This document shows positions 36,501 to 47,557 of a stretch of 64,000 bases of DNA, one piece after another; position 1 is the first letter of the stretch; every line of letters begins with the position of its first letter. Source of the stretch: Klebsormidium nitens (lineage: Eukaryota; Plantae; Klebsormidiophyceae); contig DF237367.1 in the NCBI GenBank assembly GCA_000708835.1, forward strand, positions 1 through 64,000. Reading direction: 5' to 3'. The position numbers and the translations under genes are program-made. The notes beneath the pieces are model-generated. The model ran no database searches. It was not told the DNA's origin and saw only the letters and a list, made by a program, of their open reading frames with translations.

Positions 36501-39500
36501 TTGACGCCATAGACGCGCCGGCAACCTCCGGGTCCGCTGACGTCACCGTTGCCGACGCTGACGTCATGGAACCGTTAAACAGCCCCTGGTTCGATGGCGT
36601 CACGGTGATGCCCGGGCCCCGGTTGTCCACGGGGATGACGAAGGGCTCGAGGGAGAAGGTACCGTACCGGACGGTGCTGACGACTGCATTTGGGGAGATG
36701 GAGCCCGGGGCGGTACCGGACCAGGGCCGCGAAGGAAACGGCGACCAGGAAGAGGAGGGCTAGCTGGGACATGGTCGCCGCGAAACTGTGAAGTATTGAG
36801 GAGCAGAAAATTAATGATCTGATCAAAGCTCTGAGTCAGATTGGCGACTAGGACAGACATTAAGGCTATCAGGGCCATGACATATTCCATGGCTATCTGG
36901 ACCTATGAAGCTGATCATATCAGATGGTCACAGGAATCAGACAGGTGAGAGTGAAGGCAAGAGCAAAGCGTGCTTGAGCGACTGCCGGACCAAATGACGG
37001 CGGCCCCTTGACGGAGGCAATTCGTAGTACGTCTTGCAGGATCTGCTAGACTTCGAGAAGCGCAATTGGAACGACAACTATCGTAGCAGTGTATGAATCG
37101 AATGAATATTTCCCAAAAGTCGAAAGGAGGAGAAGACAGATGGAAGTGTCACGTCATTGGTTGTTCTTAGTGGAAACCGTGTGCTGCTGGGGATTGGACA
37201 GAGCCTCCGATTGCAGGAATCAATTGAGGCTATTGCACCCTTAGACCAATAAACCTCTATGTAATTGACCTGAAAATCATAAGGATACGCGGCCTTGAAA
37301 AACGAAAGGCGCAGAGTCGTCTACGAGACGCCACGCATATCCTGTCAAAAGCGAAATGCGGAACCGCTCACCTGGATCCGTGGAACAAAGGCTTCACGGA
37401 GACGTTCCTCCTCGCCGGACTGGGTACACCTCACAACGAGCCGGCGTCGGGCAGGGCTGTCGGCCTTACGACCTCTTAAGCTCGGCAGGTGTCGAGGATC
37501 TTGGGAACGTTCTGATATGCGAAAGGTTCATACAGAAGACTTCCGGAATGAATGACTATGACGGACAGCTCAGGTTTTATTTGATGAGCTCGTCAACTTC
37601 GTTCCTAATAGCTTAAGAGCTGATTTGCGATTCTGTAAAGTAGGCCTAGCGGTGAAGTTTGCGGTGGCAGTCAACAAGAGTTGCTTCCGATCTAGAACTT
37701 GGCTGCAACAGCCAATGCAAGTGCTGACGTGTACTACTAACCGCACAAGACACTGTTGACATGGCGGTTCGCTTTGAACGCCACCGTCTGATCTTGGCGC
37801 GGAGTCGACGGCGTTCTCTGTGTGAAGACGGTCACTTGAATCCCAATTCTCGAGGTTGGCGTATACTTATGTAAGCCCTTTCTTGGCAGTGGGGCTTGCA
37901 TTGTGCTCTGGCTTGGATTAATCACGGCTGTGATCTTGGAACCTGGGGCTGAGAATGATTGTCACTTGCAACGACCATCTGTGCGGCTTTTCCGATTTGA
38001 AGGTTGTGCGTCTGTTTTTCCGTTGCATTCATTTTGCATTTCTCCAGATTGTCGGAGGCCGCCGTCGGGCCGGGATCCCCCGCTTAGCAACCTTTCTTCA
38101 AGGTTCCTTATTAACCTCAAAATCTCACCGCGTACTTATCTAAGTCACCTGAGCTCATTGATTTTCACATCTGCTCCTGGATCGTATCACTTTTTATTGG
38201 TTAGAGTGTGTGAAGCCTACCCGGCACCGGCCGTACGATCTTTGAGTGGCTTATATGGACCGTGAAAACGATAGTGCATGCTTTTCAGAAACAATCGTTC
38301 ATTCTAGTCTATTGTCTCTGGCTAGGCGGAAGAGAAACAAGCTCTTCACTGTGTGCTTAGCAAGTGGCGCTCGCTTGTTTTGCTGCTAGAGAGCTTGGCA
38401 TCGGCGGTGCTGAGTTTTAGTTATTTCCGAGGGGTTTTCCTGCGGCCGTCATGCGCGTAATGAACGGATCTTCGTTCTGCAGATTGGGGGTACGAGTCTG
38501 CTGAAGGCTGTATAGTAGATGGAATATCCCGAGAACTACCGTTAGCAACAACAACACTCGGCTCCTTAGCGAAATAGACGGGTGATAAAGAGGCTGAAAG
38601 AAAGGTTCGCGTCTAACCAGACATCTAATCCAACGCCCTAACCGAGAATTCGTTGAACTGAAGGATTCACTTTGACCGTTGGCGCCTTGAGATTATATGC
38701 ACATCTCATTTTCTTTCCCCTCGTCGATATCAGGCCAGTGGGCACGATTGCTGCTACATTTTGAGCTCTTCCTTTCCGAAGCGTCGGAACATAGAAGCAC
38801 AATCTTGTGGCTGCCAGCCTTCAGGAACCAAAGCAAGACACAATGAGTGGTCATCAGCGAGGAGGTTGTGTGTTTGGCAAGGTATTGCCCACACTTATCG
38901 GTTGAGTTTCGCGGACCCTCTCAGAGAACATGGACGGACTCATGGACCTGCTGGCTTGAACCAATCAGGATATTAAAGGTACGAGTTAGAGGCGGGTCCA
39001 GTCACTTACGAGACCAATCACATGATCTCTTCGTTCATGGCCGGGCCGCTAGTGGCTTTTGATAGTCACTAGGTTTCATGTCTTGCGTGCACGCACAGTC
39101 ACACCCGTACGCGCAAAATCAATGCATGGGGCACTAGATTCAGCGCAGGAGCTAAGTCGCCATTTCGTGCATCATTTGCTTACATGCATGAGGAGTTTTT
39201 ATTGGCCGGACGTGGTCATGAAATGAGGAATATGCTATTCTTAGTCTACATTATATATACAATCTCTAGCTAAGTTGCTCGTGCCTCTGCAATCGTGTAC
39301 AGTATTTTACAGGGGCTCGAATGGTGTTGCAACGATAGCCTGACCCAATCATGCATATGCATGCTCAGTGAGCCTAAGCCCGGGCGCCGCGCAGGTCATG
39401 CATGCATGATGCAAACATGGCTGGCGGTTAGTGTGCGAAGGGTTAAAGTAAGTAAATCCCCAACATATCCAGTGCCAAATTACTTCATAGCTACAAAACA

Positions 39501-39716
39501 ATCCTTTGATCAACAGTGATATATTGAATTGCAGGGCAACGCCATGGTTGAGATTGAGGAACTTCATCAAAATCTGGCCCGACCTTTCCTTGGGCCACCT
39601 TCAATGCAACATGCGGTTTATATCGACAGGTCAGGCATCCGTTGAAATTCATCTGAGAGGTCTGTGCAACTCAATGACGTCCTTTCTATCAACGGATTGG
39701 CAGTAGGAAGCCTAGG

Positions 39717-42700
39717 CTAGTCTTCATCTGATTCCGAATCTTCAGGCAATCGTCTAGCCACAACTCTGAGCGTGACCTCCTTGGTGCAACCTGCATACTC
39801 GGAGGTATCAATCAGGTGCCATGGCTTGCCGAACATGTCCCCGCTTCCCCTTCCTTCCGACGTCGTCTTTGTGAAGGTTAACGTCCGTTGCTTCAACAAC
39901 GCCCAATAGCCGCTCGGCCACGTTCTTGCGAAGAACTGGACTTCCACTTGGTCTACCTGATTCGAATCCTCCGCGGACTTGGCCAGAGCACCGCGGTTCA
40001 AGTACACGGCTACTGTCGCCGAGTCTTGTCGGGTCGACTTCTTGACTTCGAGACACCACGTTCTATCATTCCATGTCACTGGTCGAGACACAGTTCTCGA
40101 GCCCTTCTCGTCTATGACCACGTTCAAAACGAGATCAATGATTGCTTCTCTAAACCCGCTCCGTAAACGAGAGAAATCGCACATACTTTCGAGCTTCTTT
40201 GGTTCCGAGTACGCTTGGAAAACCAGCCCCCTGAGAACTAGCACTTGGAGCTCAGGCAACTGCATATCCGGGTCGTGCAGTAGTGTCTCTAACACTTCGC
40301 CTCGTATGCACCCAAACCTGATTTGACGTGCCAAGCGCAGAAGTGCCTCTCGCCTCTCCTTGACTTCCGGGAAGCGTTCTCGCACCCAGAAGTGGGCCCC
40401 GTTGAAGACCACCTCCTCCCCGTCCCCTTCCAGGCCTTCTGCTTGTAAGAGAAACTCGACTGCCCGTTCGCTTAAACTCGCAAACCGTAAGAAGTCCCAG
40501 TCAGCAACGTTCTTGAAGTACTCGAGGAACGCCTCCTTGGCGCTTTCTACCAATGCTTTCACCCCTTTCCGTTGCTGCAAAACCTCCGGGATATCGACGG
40601 CAATCGCTTCCAGATCCGAGTCTCCATTCTCTTCCACTCGCTCTTTCAGAACCGTGACTACGGCCCCCATGAAGGAGGGCGCGTCGAACTTATCCCCGAT
40701 GAGAAGGGCCAGAATCAACTCAGAGACGGACGTCTCTTCGGCTTGGAGCCGCTCAGAGAGGGTTCCGGTGTAGAAGAAGTCAACCATCTCCTTGAACGCT
40801 CGTTTCTCTGCAGATGGGGTAAAACAAACCGTGTTAGTATGACGTAGGTTTTGAAGAAAAGGCCAGCGGAAATCTGGTACATCAGACATTGATTCCTGCG
40901 GGAAAACATTGCTCGGAGAAGTAGATTTTCATTCGCTTTAAACTCTCGCTTCTACAAGAGGTCAGACATGGATATACGATAAAGAGCGGAGGAGGGCTCT
41001 GAAGTGGCGCACAGACCTGTAACATTGCTGAACGTGCCGTCGCTCGCACACCGTTTCGTCGAAGAAGAAACAAAAGGCAAGCTTGCACACAATAAGGAAT
41101 AGTGCAGATTACAAGCCCAATCACAAAAGCAGAATAATGCGACTCGGACTCTGACTCGACCTGTTCTAGAGCTTTCTCACCAGGCAAGCCATTAAATTCC
41201 CTATTGAAAGCGCGCTTTATTGAGGTGTGCGCCTCCTTTAGCAATGGCTCAAAAGTAGAACAGTGCCCCCAGCGCACAGAGGATGCTGTCACCAAGCGCA
41301 GCTTGATATTGCAGGGATTCAGGTGCATGTCGATAAGATCAAGACAACTGGATCCTTGACCTTCGCTTAGGATTGCTGTGCAAGGGCCCACACCCGCAGT
41401 GTTTAGAAGGATCGCGTGGAAATGTACAAAGCGTCGATGGCCCAAAAACCCGGAAAAAGGCTGAGTGGGAATAGGTTTTATTTTCGGATGCAGGCCGACT
41501 TGCGTGCGTGACCTATCCATGAGGCTTCCAAGGAAACTTTGAGGAGGCGCACACAGGCATAGTAGCTATAGGGACTTACCTTGGCCCGTGACCTTGAGCA
41601 CGATCGGAGCATCCTTCTGCCCCTCCCTCATGTCGCTCGACAGCATCGCTCTCAGCACGTGGCTCTTTGCAGCGACAATCACTGAAGAGATTGGTATTTC
41701 CTCTGCCTCCTCTATCTCGGCAGAGCTTTCCCGCCAGTCATTTTTTTCACCATTGGCTGCCTTTTCTGTCTCACTCTGCCCCCTGCCGGTCTCCGTGTCA
41801 TTTTCCTCATGACCGGACTTGTCCCCATCCTCGTTCTCGCTTGGAGAGCTTTCCCTGTAATCAGCAGACATGCCTCTATCCCTGCGCTTGGCGAGGCGCT
41901 CCGAGGTTCGTATTGCCCTCCCACTAGCTGACTCCGCTATCTCTTGGCTTCCAGGATTCTCCCCCTCTTCTCTTGCCCGTTTCTTACCAGCAATGGTCTC
42001 TTTCTCTGCTCCCACTGCGTCCCCTTCTGAAGCGTTCTTGGCAGCGGTTCTCTCCGCTTCTGGAGTCTCTTGGTTTCGCTCTTCCGTGGGGCTGTTCTGC
42101 AGAGCCGGTTCGCTGCTTCTGGCCTCTTTCGGATCTGCACAGAGGACCCCACCATTCTGATTACCGAAGCTGCACATCATCCGCATGAATCTAGCCGCAG
42201 GATCATGACAAGCGAAAGCCTTCTACGAGAACAAACAGGAACAAACGTAAAAAATCAGAGGGTCTCCCAGTCCTGCTGATGTTCTGTAGGACTAGGCGGA
42301 ACTTATTTGGGACTTCTCCGAGTGACGACATTAGAGTTCTCGAGGAGGAAAGCTGGGAACTTGGCCCACTAGGACAAAAGCCATTCCTATCATCTGCACA
42401 GGGTTGTCTATCAGCCCTGAATCGCATGGTTTGGAGATGACGACCTAACAAGTCCTCCCGTTACCTTCTGATTTACTTGAACAGGCTGTCTTCGTATGCA
42501 CCTTATTCTGCCCCGATATGGCATTCCTCAGCAGCCTTGTTATGCATGATCGAAAGTTTTTAGAAGACCTAGCTATCTTACCGGACAGCTCATCATCCAG
42601 GATCTCAAGGCGGATGGTCCGGTCACAGAACTGGGGTTGCCTGCACAGAAGGCAGGGCAGATTGGTTGGTAAGAGATCGCTTGACCTCATAAAGCATTGC

Positions 42701-43177
42701 TCCATGCAACTTGCTTGTTTTCACCTTCCCTTTTTGTACGTCAAGATTGTCAAGTTCTAAGTTTTATGTTGTAATTGCCAGCAACAGTGGTGGGGCGTCT
42801 CCGAAAATCCTGAAACAGTCAATGAATGGGAAGCTAGGTGATCCTGCAGTGAACCCTTAAACCCAGCACAGTCGACATCCAGATGCAAACTGTACACAAG
42901 CAACACAAGTCGGCAAATAGGTCCATCATGAAGATTGCAAGATGACCGCTGGATGGGGCTAAGTAGCTGACTGTGAACTGCAACCGTTTATTTTTCAGAG
43001 AAAAGTTGAACAGGGCATGATCTGAGGAGGAGGAGCATCTTCTCCAGTGTCTTTGAGCTCCCAAAGTCCCTCCCGAACTCACTTGTAGAAAGGGCCAAAG
43101 TCGAAGTGGTGCCCATCCTCTTCCAGAGAACCGCAGCTGGAATCAGATGATGTTTCACTTTCCTCAGGCTCTTCCAT
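39717..43177 (-). CDS. BTB-BACK-MATH-like (LRB/POB1-like) paralog D, long-insert type
   Basis: Exons 43177-43083 (LEEDGHHFDFGPFYK), 42640-42582 (QFCDRTIRLEILDD), 42134-41580 (acidic insert + EIPISSVIVAAKSHVLRAMLSSDMREG) and 40807-39717. Intact frame. Confidence 0.9.
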
Positions 43178-43764
43178 GATTGTCGTCCTGCTACCAAATG
43201 TGGCGAAGATGATGTCCGGTCTGGCTGTATGGCTGTTTAGTGATGTGATTATGCGACCTCTGAAGCGCAGATGACGTGGATCGTCTCCACAGCTATTCAA
43301 TAATCAATTGCTATTCTGGCCTGGCGAATGCCCGTGCGCCCCTGCTAGCTGCCCCTGACAAGCCTTGGTTGGTGGATGCATTCTGCATTCCACTTCATTC
43401 TGGCTAGCAACCCCACTCAATGACGTGGTTGCGCTCGACAAATCAGATTCGTTCAAAATGTCACGTGGGATTTCCGGTTGGCTGTGCACCGCGCAGCTGG
43501 AGCAAGATTCAAATTTGGCGCGAAAGGGTCTTGTGAGTGTTGTCGAATCGAACTGACTGGGCTAGTCATGAATCACAATTCAATGAACAGCTCCTGAGGT
43601 TCAAACTTCAAAACGCAAGCGTCCAATGCAGTGGCTTTGGGAGCACCAGCTTGAGTTGCAATGCCTGGCATAGGGTTCCAGCAGAAACCTAAGATTGCAG
43701 CCAAAGGTCATCACCTCAGATCAGAAGAAAGCCAGCGTGGGGCCAGCATATGCAGGCTCCTTGA
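43178..43764. promoter_or_regulatory. Probable shared bidirectional promoter region between divergent paralogs D and E
   Basis: Start codons are head-to-head, about 590 bp apart. No specific elements were assigned. Confidence 0.45.
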
Positions 43765-46700
43765 ATGGTGAGCAACAGCATGGACGGCGCGGTGAAAGCC
43801 CCAGAGGCGCCTAGCCCTGGTGGCTCGCTTGATGAACAGGGCCACTTCTTTGACTTCACTCCCATCTACAGGTAAGTTGTGGTTTTAAGAGGCCATTGAA
43901 GCTGTTGGTTTTGAGCGGATGCTCAAAATGGAAGCTTTTCAAATCACTTTCAGGGGCAAGTTTCATCCATCGAAAGAAGCAAGAACTCTGTATATGCAGT
44001 GGCCCATCCTTGGTCCAGAAACTTCCTTCCTGAGGCTCTAGGGAAGAAATCTCCTGATCACTCTAATCACTCTTATCAAAAGTGTCATATCTCTCACCTT
44101 GTGTTGCAATGAAAAAAATCAGATTGAACAAAAGTCGCAACACATGCAACTTATGTTAAGCGATCTCTCAGGGAGATGCTATGGTGTGGACTCATTCTTG
44201 ACTGCTGTTTCTCAGGGAACCCAAGTTCTGCGATCGAGTGATCCGCCTGGAGATTCTTGAAGAAGAGCTCAGGCCAGGTATGTCTATCATGCTACTTTGC
44301 ATATTATCCAACTGCATTTCTCGATCAGGGGCACAATGGGGAATCTGAACAGTACGTGTGCTTTCCGATTCTGATGACTTACAATATGATGCCCAGCCTC
44401 GCTGGACATAGAAGTCACGAACTTGGAGGATTGGTCCTGCTTGCCGCTTACCATAAGAGCTCCTTCGTATGGCCTACAGCTCTGAGCTTGCTTACCAGAA
44501 ACGCTCCATCTTGTGGAGCACAGCTCTTAAGCTTGCTGCTTTCCCTGTCGGAAACTCGCATCATATTCTGCAGGCTCACCAAGAGTAGAAGACTTGGCAG
44601 CGACCCTGGGTTCGAAACTCACATCATATTCTGCAGACTCACCAAGAGTTCAAGACTGGGTTTTCTCATCTTGACAGCGTTCCTTGTTTCCAGGTGCCGA
44701 TAGGAACAAGGATCCAGGATCAGTGGTAGAGGGAGGTAGGGAGGCACCAGCGGTTCCAGAGAAGGGCAAACATCTTGGCAACCCTCTTGACAGCTATACC
44801 ATCCATGTACCTACGACACAGCCGGACAAGGACGCCCCAGACAGAAAACCTCCAGGGTCAGAGAACGGGCCTGTCATTGGGAAGAAGCGGCCCAGGGACG
44901 AGAGTGAGAGTGAGGCCTCTCCAAGTAGCTCCCCAGAGGAAGCGGGAGCTGAGAAGGATCGGGAACAGGTTGGCGCAGCAAGCAGACGTTCTGCAAGGCT
45001 GGCGAAGAGCAGAGACGAGACTCCTGGCAGGCTTGTCAACAGGGGGATGGGGAATGGAGAGGAAGAAAGCCATGACAAAGGAAAGACTGCGGAGGCTACT
45101 CCTGGAGAGGGCTCAGGGATTGGCGATCGCATGGTCGACGGAAATGCTGATGAGGATGGGGATGAGGACAGTGACGAGGACTCTGAAGATGAGGTGGAAG
45201 AGATACCAGTCTCGTCCATGGTGATCGCTGCCAAGAGCCTGGTGCTCAGGAGGATGATGCTGAGCGAGATGAAGGAGGCGCAGCGGGATGCACCGATTGT
45301 GCTAAAGGTCACCCGGGAAGGTGAGCGCTTTCTTCTGGTGTAGCTTCTAGTCTGCACTTTTGAGAAAATAATGGAAGTGAAGATCCAAAGTAACAACCAA
45401 TAAAGGTGGACTCGAGACCATGCAAGCCGAGAGGATCATGGTAAGCAAAGGACCTGAACTGTTTGCACGAAATGTTTGAGTGCATGCTTGCCATCAATTG
45501 GGATGGCATAGATCTCGAGCTTCTTTCCACAGTCCCAGGTCATGAAGGTAACATTGAATCCAGTCATTCAGGTCAAGTGTTTTCAAGCAACCAATCTTGT
45601 GCTCAACTTCCCATGTGGCATCTATCTTGACGAAAGGGTTAGAAGCCGCTGCTTCTTGAGAGTTTTTTACAAGGAGGTTCTGGGGAGGTAGACAAGCAAC
45701 AAATATATCGTTGGTGGATGTTCTACAATTTCTGACCTTACCCTCAGATATCTGGATGAACCGGGCAACATTTTCAGCAACTGCTGCACGAGTGTTCTCA
45801 AACGGATGCCTCTTCCGCATGTTCAATTGTTCAGCCAATTCCGTGACGTCACTTCAGGATGGGAGACGAACCAGCCATCCGTTTCACAATATTGACGAGT
45901 GAGCGCAATCGATCGCCTCTTCTTCGCTTCTACAGAGAAAAGGGCCGTCAAGGAGCTGCTTTCGTTCATCGGCAAGGGCTCGTTGTCCAAACCCCTGCTA
46001 GATCCCGCGACCTGCATCGCACAGCTCATAGCCATGCTAGAGGTGGGGGACAAGTTCGAGGTCTGCTCTTTCATGGGGGCAATCACTGCAGCTTTGCGAC
46101 AGAGGCTGGATAACCAGGACAACTCGGACCTCGAAGCGCTCGCTTTCGACATCCCTGAGCATCTGCAAACCTGGGACGAGGTGCGAACGCTGGCTCAGGA
46201 AGGGCAGGACGCCCTTTTTGAGAGATTCAGGTCGGTTGTGACGTGGAGAAGCAATGCTTTCTTGGATCTGGGGGAGAGAACCGTCGAGTTCCTGTTGCAG
46301 TCAGAAGACCTCCGGAGCGGCTCCGAGATAGATGTGGTGCGTGGGGTCGTCGGCTGGGCTTTTGGCTTGGAAACTTTTGAGGAGCGACAAGCAGCATTGG
46401 ATCGCTTGATGCAGCACGTCAGGCTGGGGTGCGTCAGCGGCGAGTTGCTAGAGTACTTGTCAGGCTTGCCCGAAATGCAGTCCGCTGCGACGCTGGAGCT
46501 ACTACAGAAAGCAACGGTGTTCCAGTCATACTCTGAGACAAAGAAGCTGGCAGCGATCTCGGACTTCTCCATGGTACGATCGGGATTCTTGGAGGGGAGC
46601 TTCGAGATTGCAATCGACGCTGTCATTGACAACGAGGCCAAAGTCACGAAGTCGAACCTCGTCTTGTGGGACGAAAGGAAGTGGCACGTCAAGGTTTATC

Positions 46701-47005
46701 AGCATGCTAGGAAGGCTCCAGCGACTGTGGGGGTCTTACTGAATCGATGTCATCTATCTCGACAAGGAGCCCATAAGCACAAGACCCACCGTCTGAAAGT
46801 TGAGGTCTTTGTTAAAAACTGGCCTGCCAATTATTGGCAGTTGCTGGATGTGCACACTTTCACCTTCAAGGAGGAAACGATTACCCAAGGTTGGATAGAT
46901 ATGTTCGATTGTCCTTGGCACGACATCAAGGGTGAGCCCTACGTACGACGTGGCACAAACGAAGTGAACTTGAAAGTCGTTGTGAACCAGGTAGACTTGG
47001 ACTGA
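43765..47005 (+). CDS. BTB-BACK-MATH-like (LRB/POB1-like) paralog E, long-insert type
   Basis: Exons 43765 (or 43780)-43871 (LDEQGHFFDFTPIYR), 44216-44277 (KFCDRVIRLEILEE), 44694-45320 and 45936-47005. Intact frame. Confidence 0.9.
44551..44660. repeat. Intronic direct duplication, about 46 bp x 2, period 63 bp
   Basis: GAAACTC(G/A)CATCATATTCTGCAG(G/A)CTCACCAAGAGT..AAGACT at 44551 and 44614. Confidence 0.8.
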
Positions 47006-47557
47006 TTGATTGCAAGTTGGTATTCTCAGCCTCGATGAAGAACGTACATTGGTCTGCAAAATGAGGAGGACAGCCGCCCTAAGCACAAGCTCGCTGCATT
47101 CTGCTTTCTCTCTCTGCGCCGGTTCATTTGTCAACTCTGCCAGCATGCGCTATTCCGCAGGTTTGATGCTTCAGTATGCGCATGTACGCAGCTAGACCAG
47201 TATTTGATCCATGGCGGCTTTTGAAGCTTCGGCTATTGAGTCTGCGCAAGGATGCACGCGCACATGGCATGCCAGCGGGCTAGAGTGATTGCAAGTCATT
47301 CATCAGATTGACCAGACGTGTATCATGAATAATTAAGCAGACAAAATCCGGATCAACCTATAGGACTGGACATCTGACTCGTAGATCAGATTCCAGGATG
47401 CTGCGTGCTATGTCATGCTGCATGATTGAACGTAAACCACGGCGGATTGTTACATCGAACAGTGCAAGCAGACAACCGTACTTGAGTAATTGCATATGGC
47501 TTGGCCGCTGCAGGCTAGCTTGCAATGTTGCGCTGTCCTGTACAAGACACGAGCTCG

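Larger units (their letters stand above)
30927..36772 (-). pseudogene. Secreted glycoprotein of bacterial-type family (EPxD..GLC.GN..VQ.VN / DPRC.FD / RWGD motifs; probable beta-propeller), disrupted by a 1-nt frameshift and a 545-bp insertion
   Basis: Exons 36772-36382 (signal peptide MSQLALLFLVAVSFAAL), 36131-35844, 35465-35193, 34804-34625, 33475-33254, 32901-32764, 32473-32289 (GC donor) and 31778-30927 join in phase. Six N-X-S/T sequons. The last exon is split into GFTLSGPD and FPSVAYVSF..EDGFSGY..RWGDF. Confidence 0.8.

Noticed and set aside
36900-39700. Short ORFs in the intergenic region
   Set aside because: No coherent splice chain or recognisable protein pattern.
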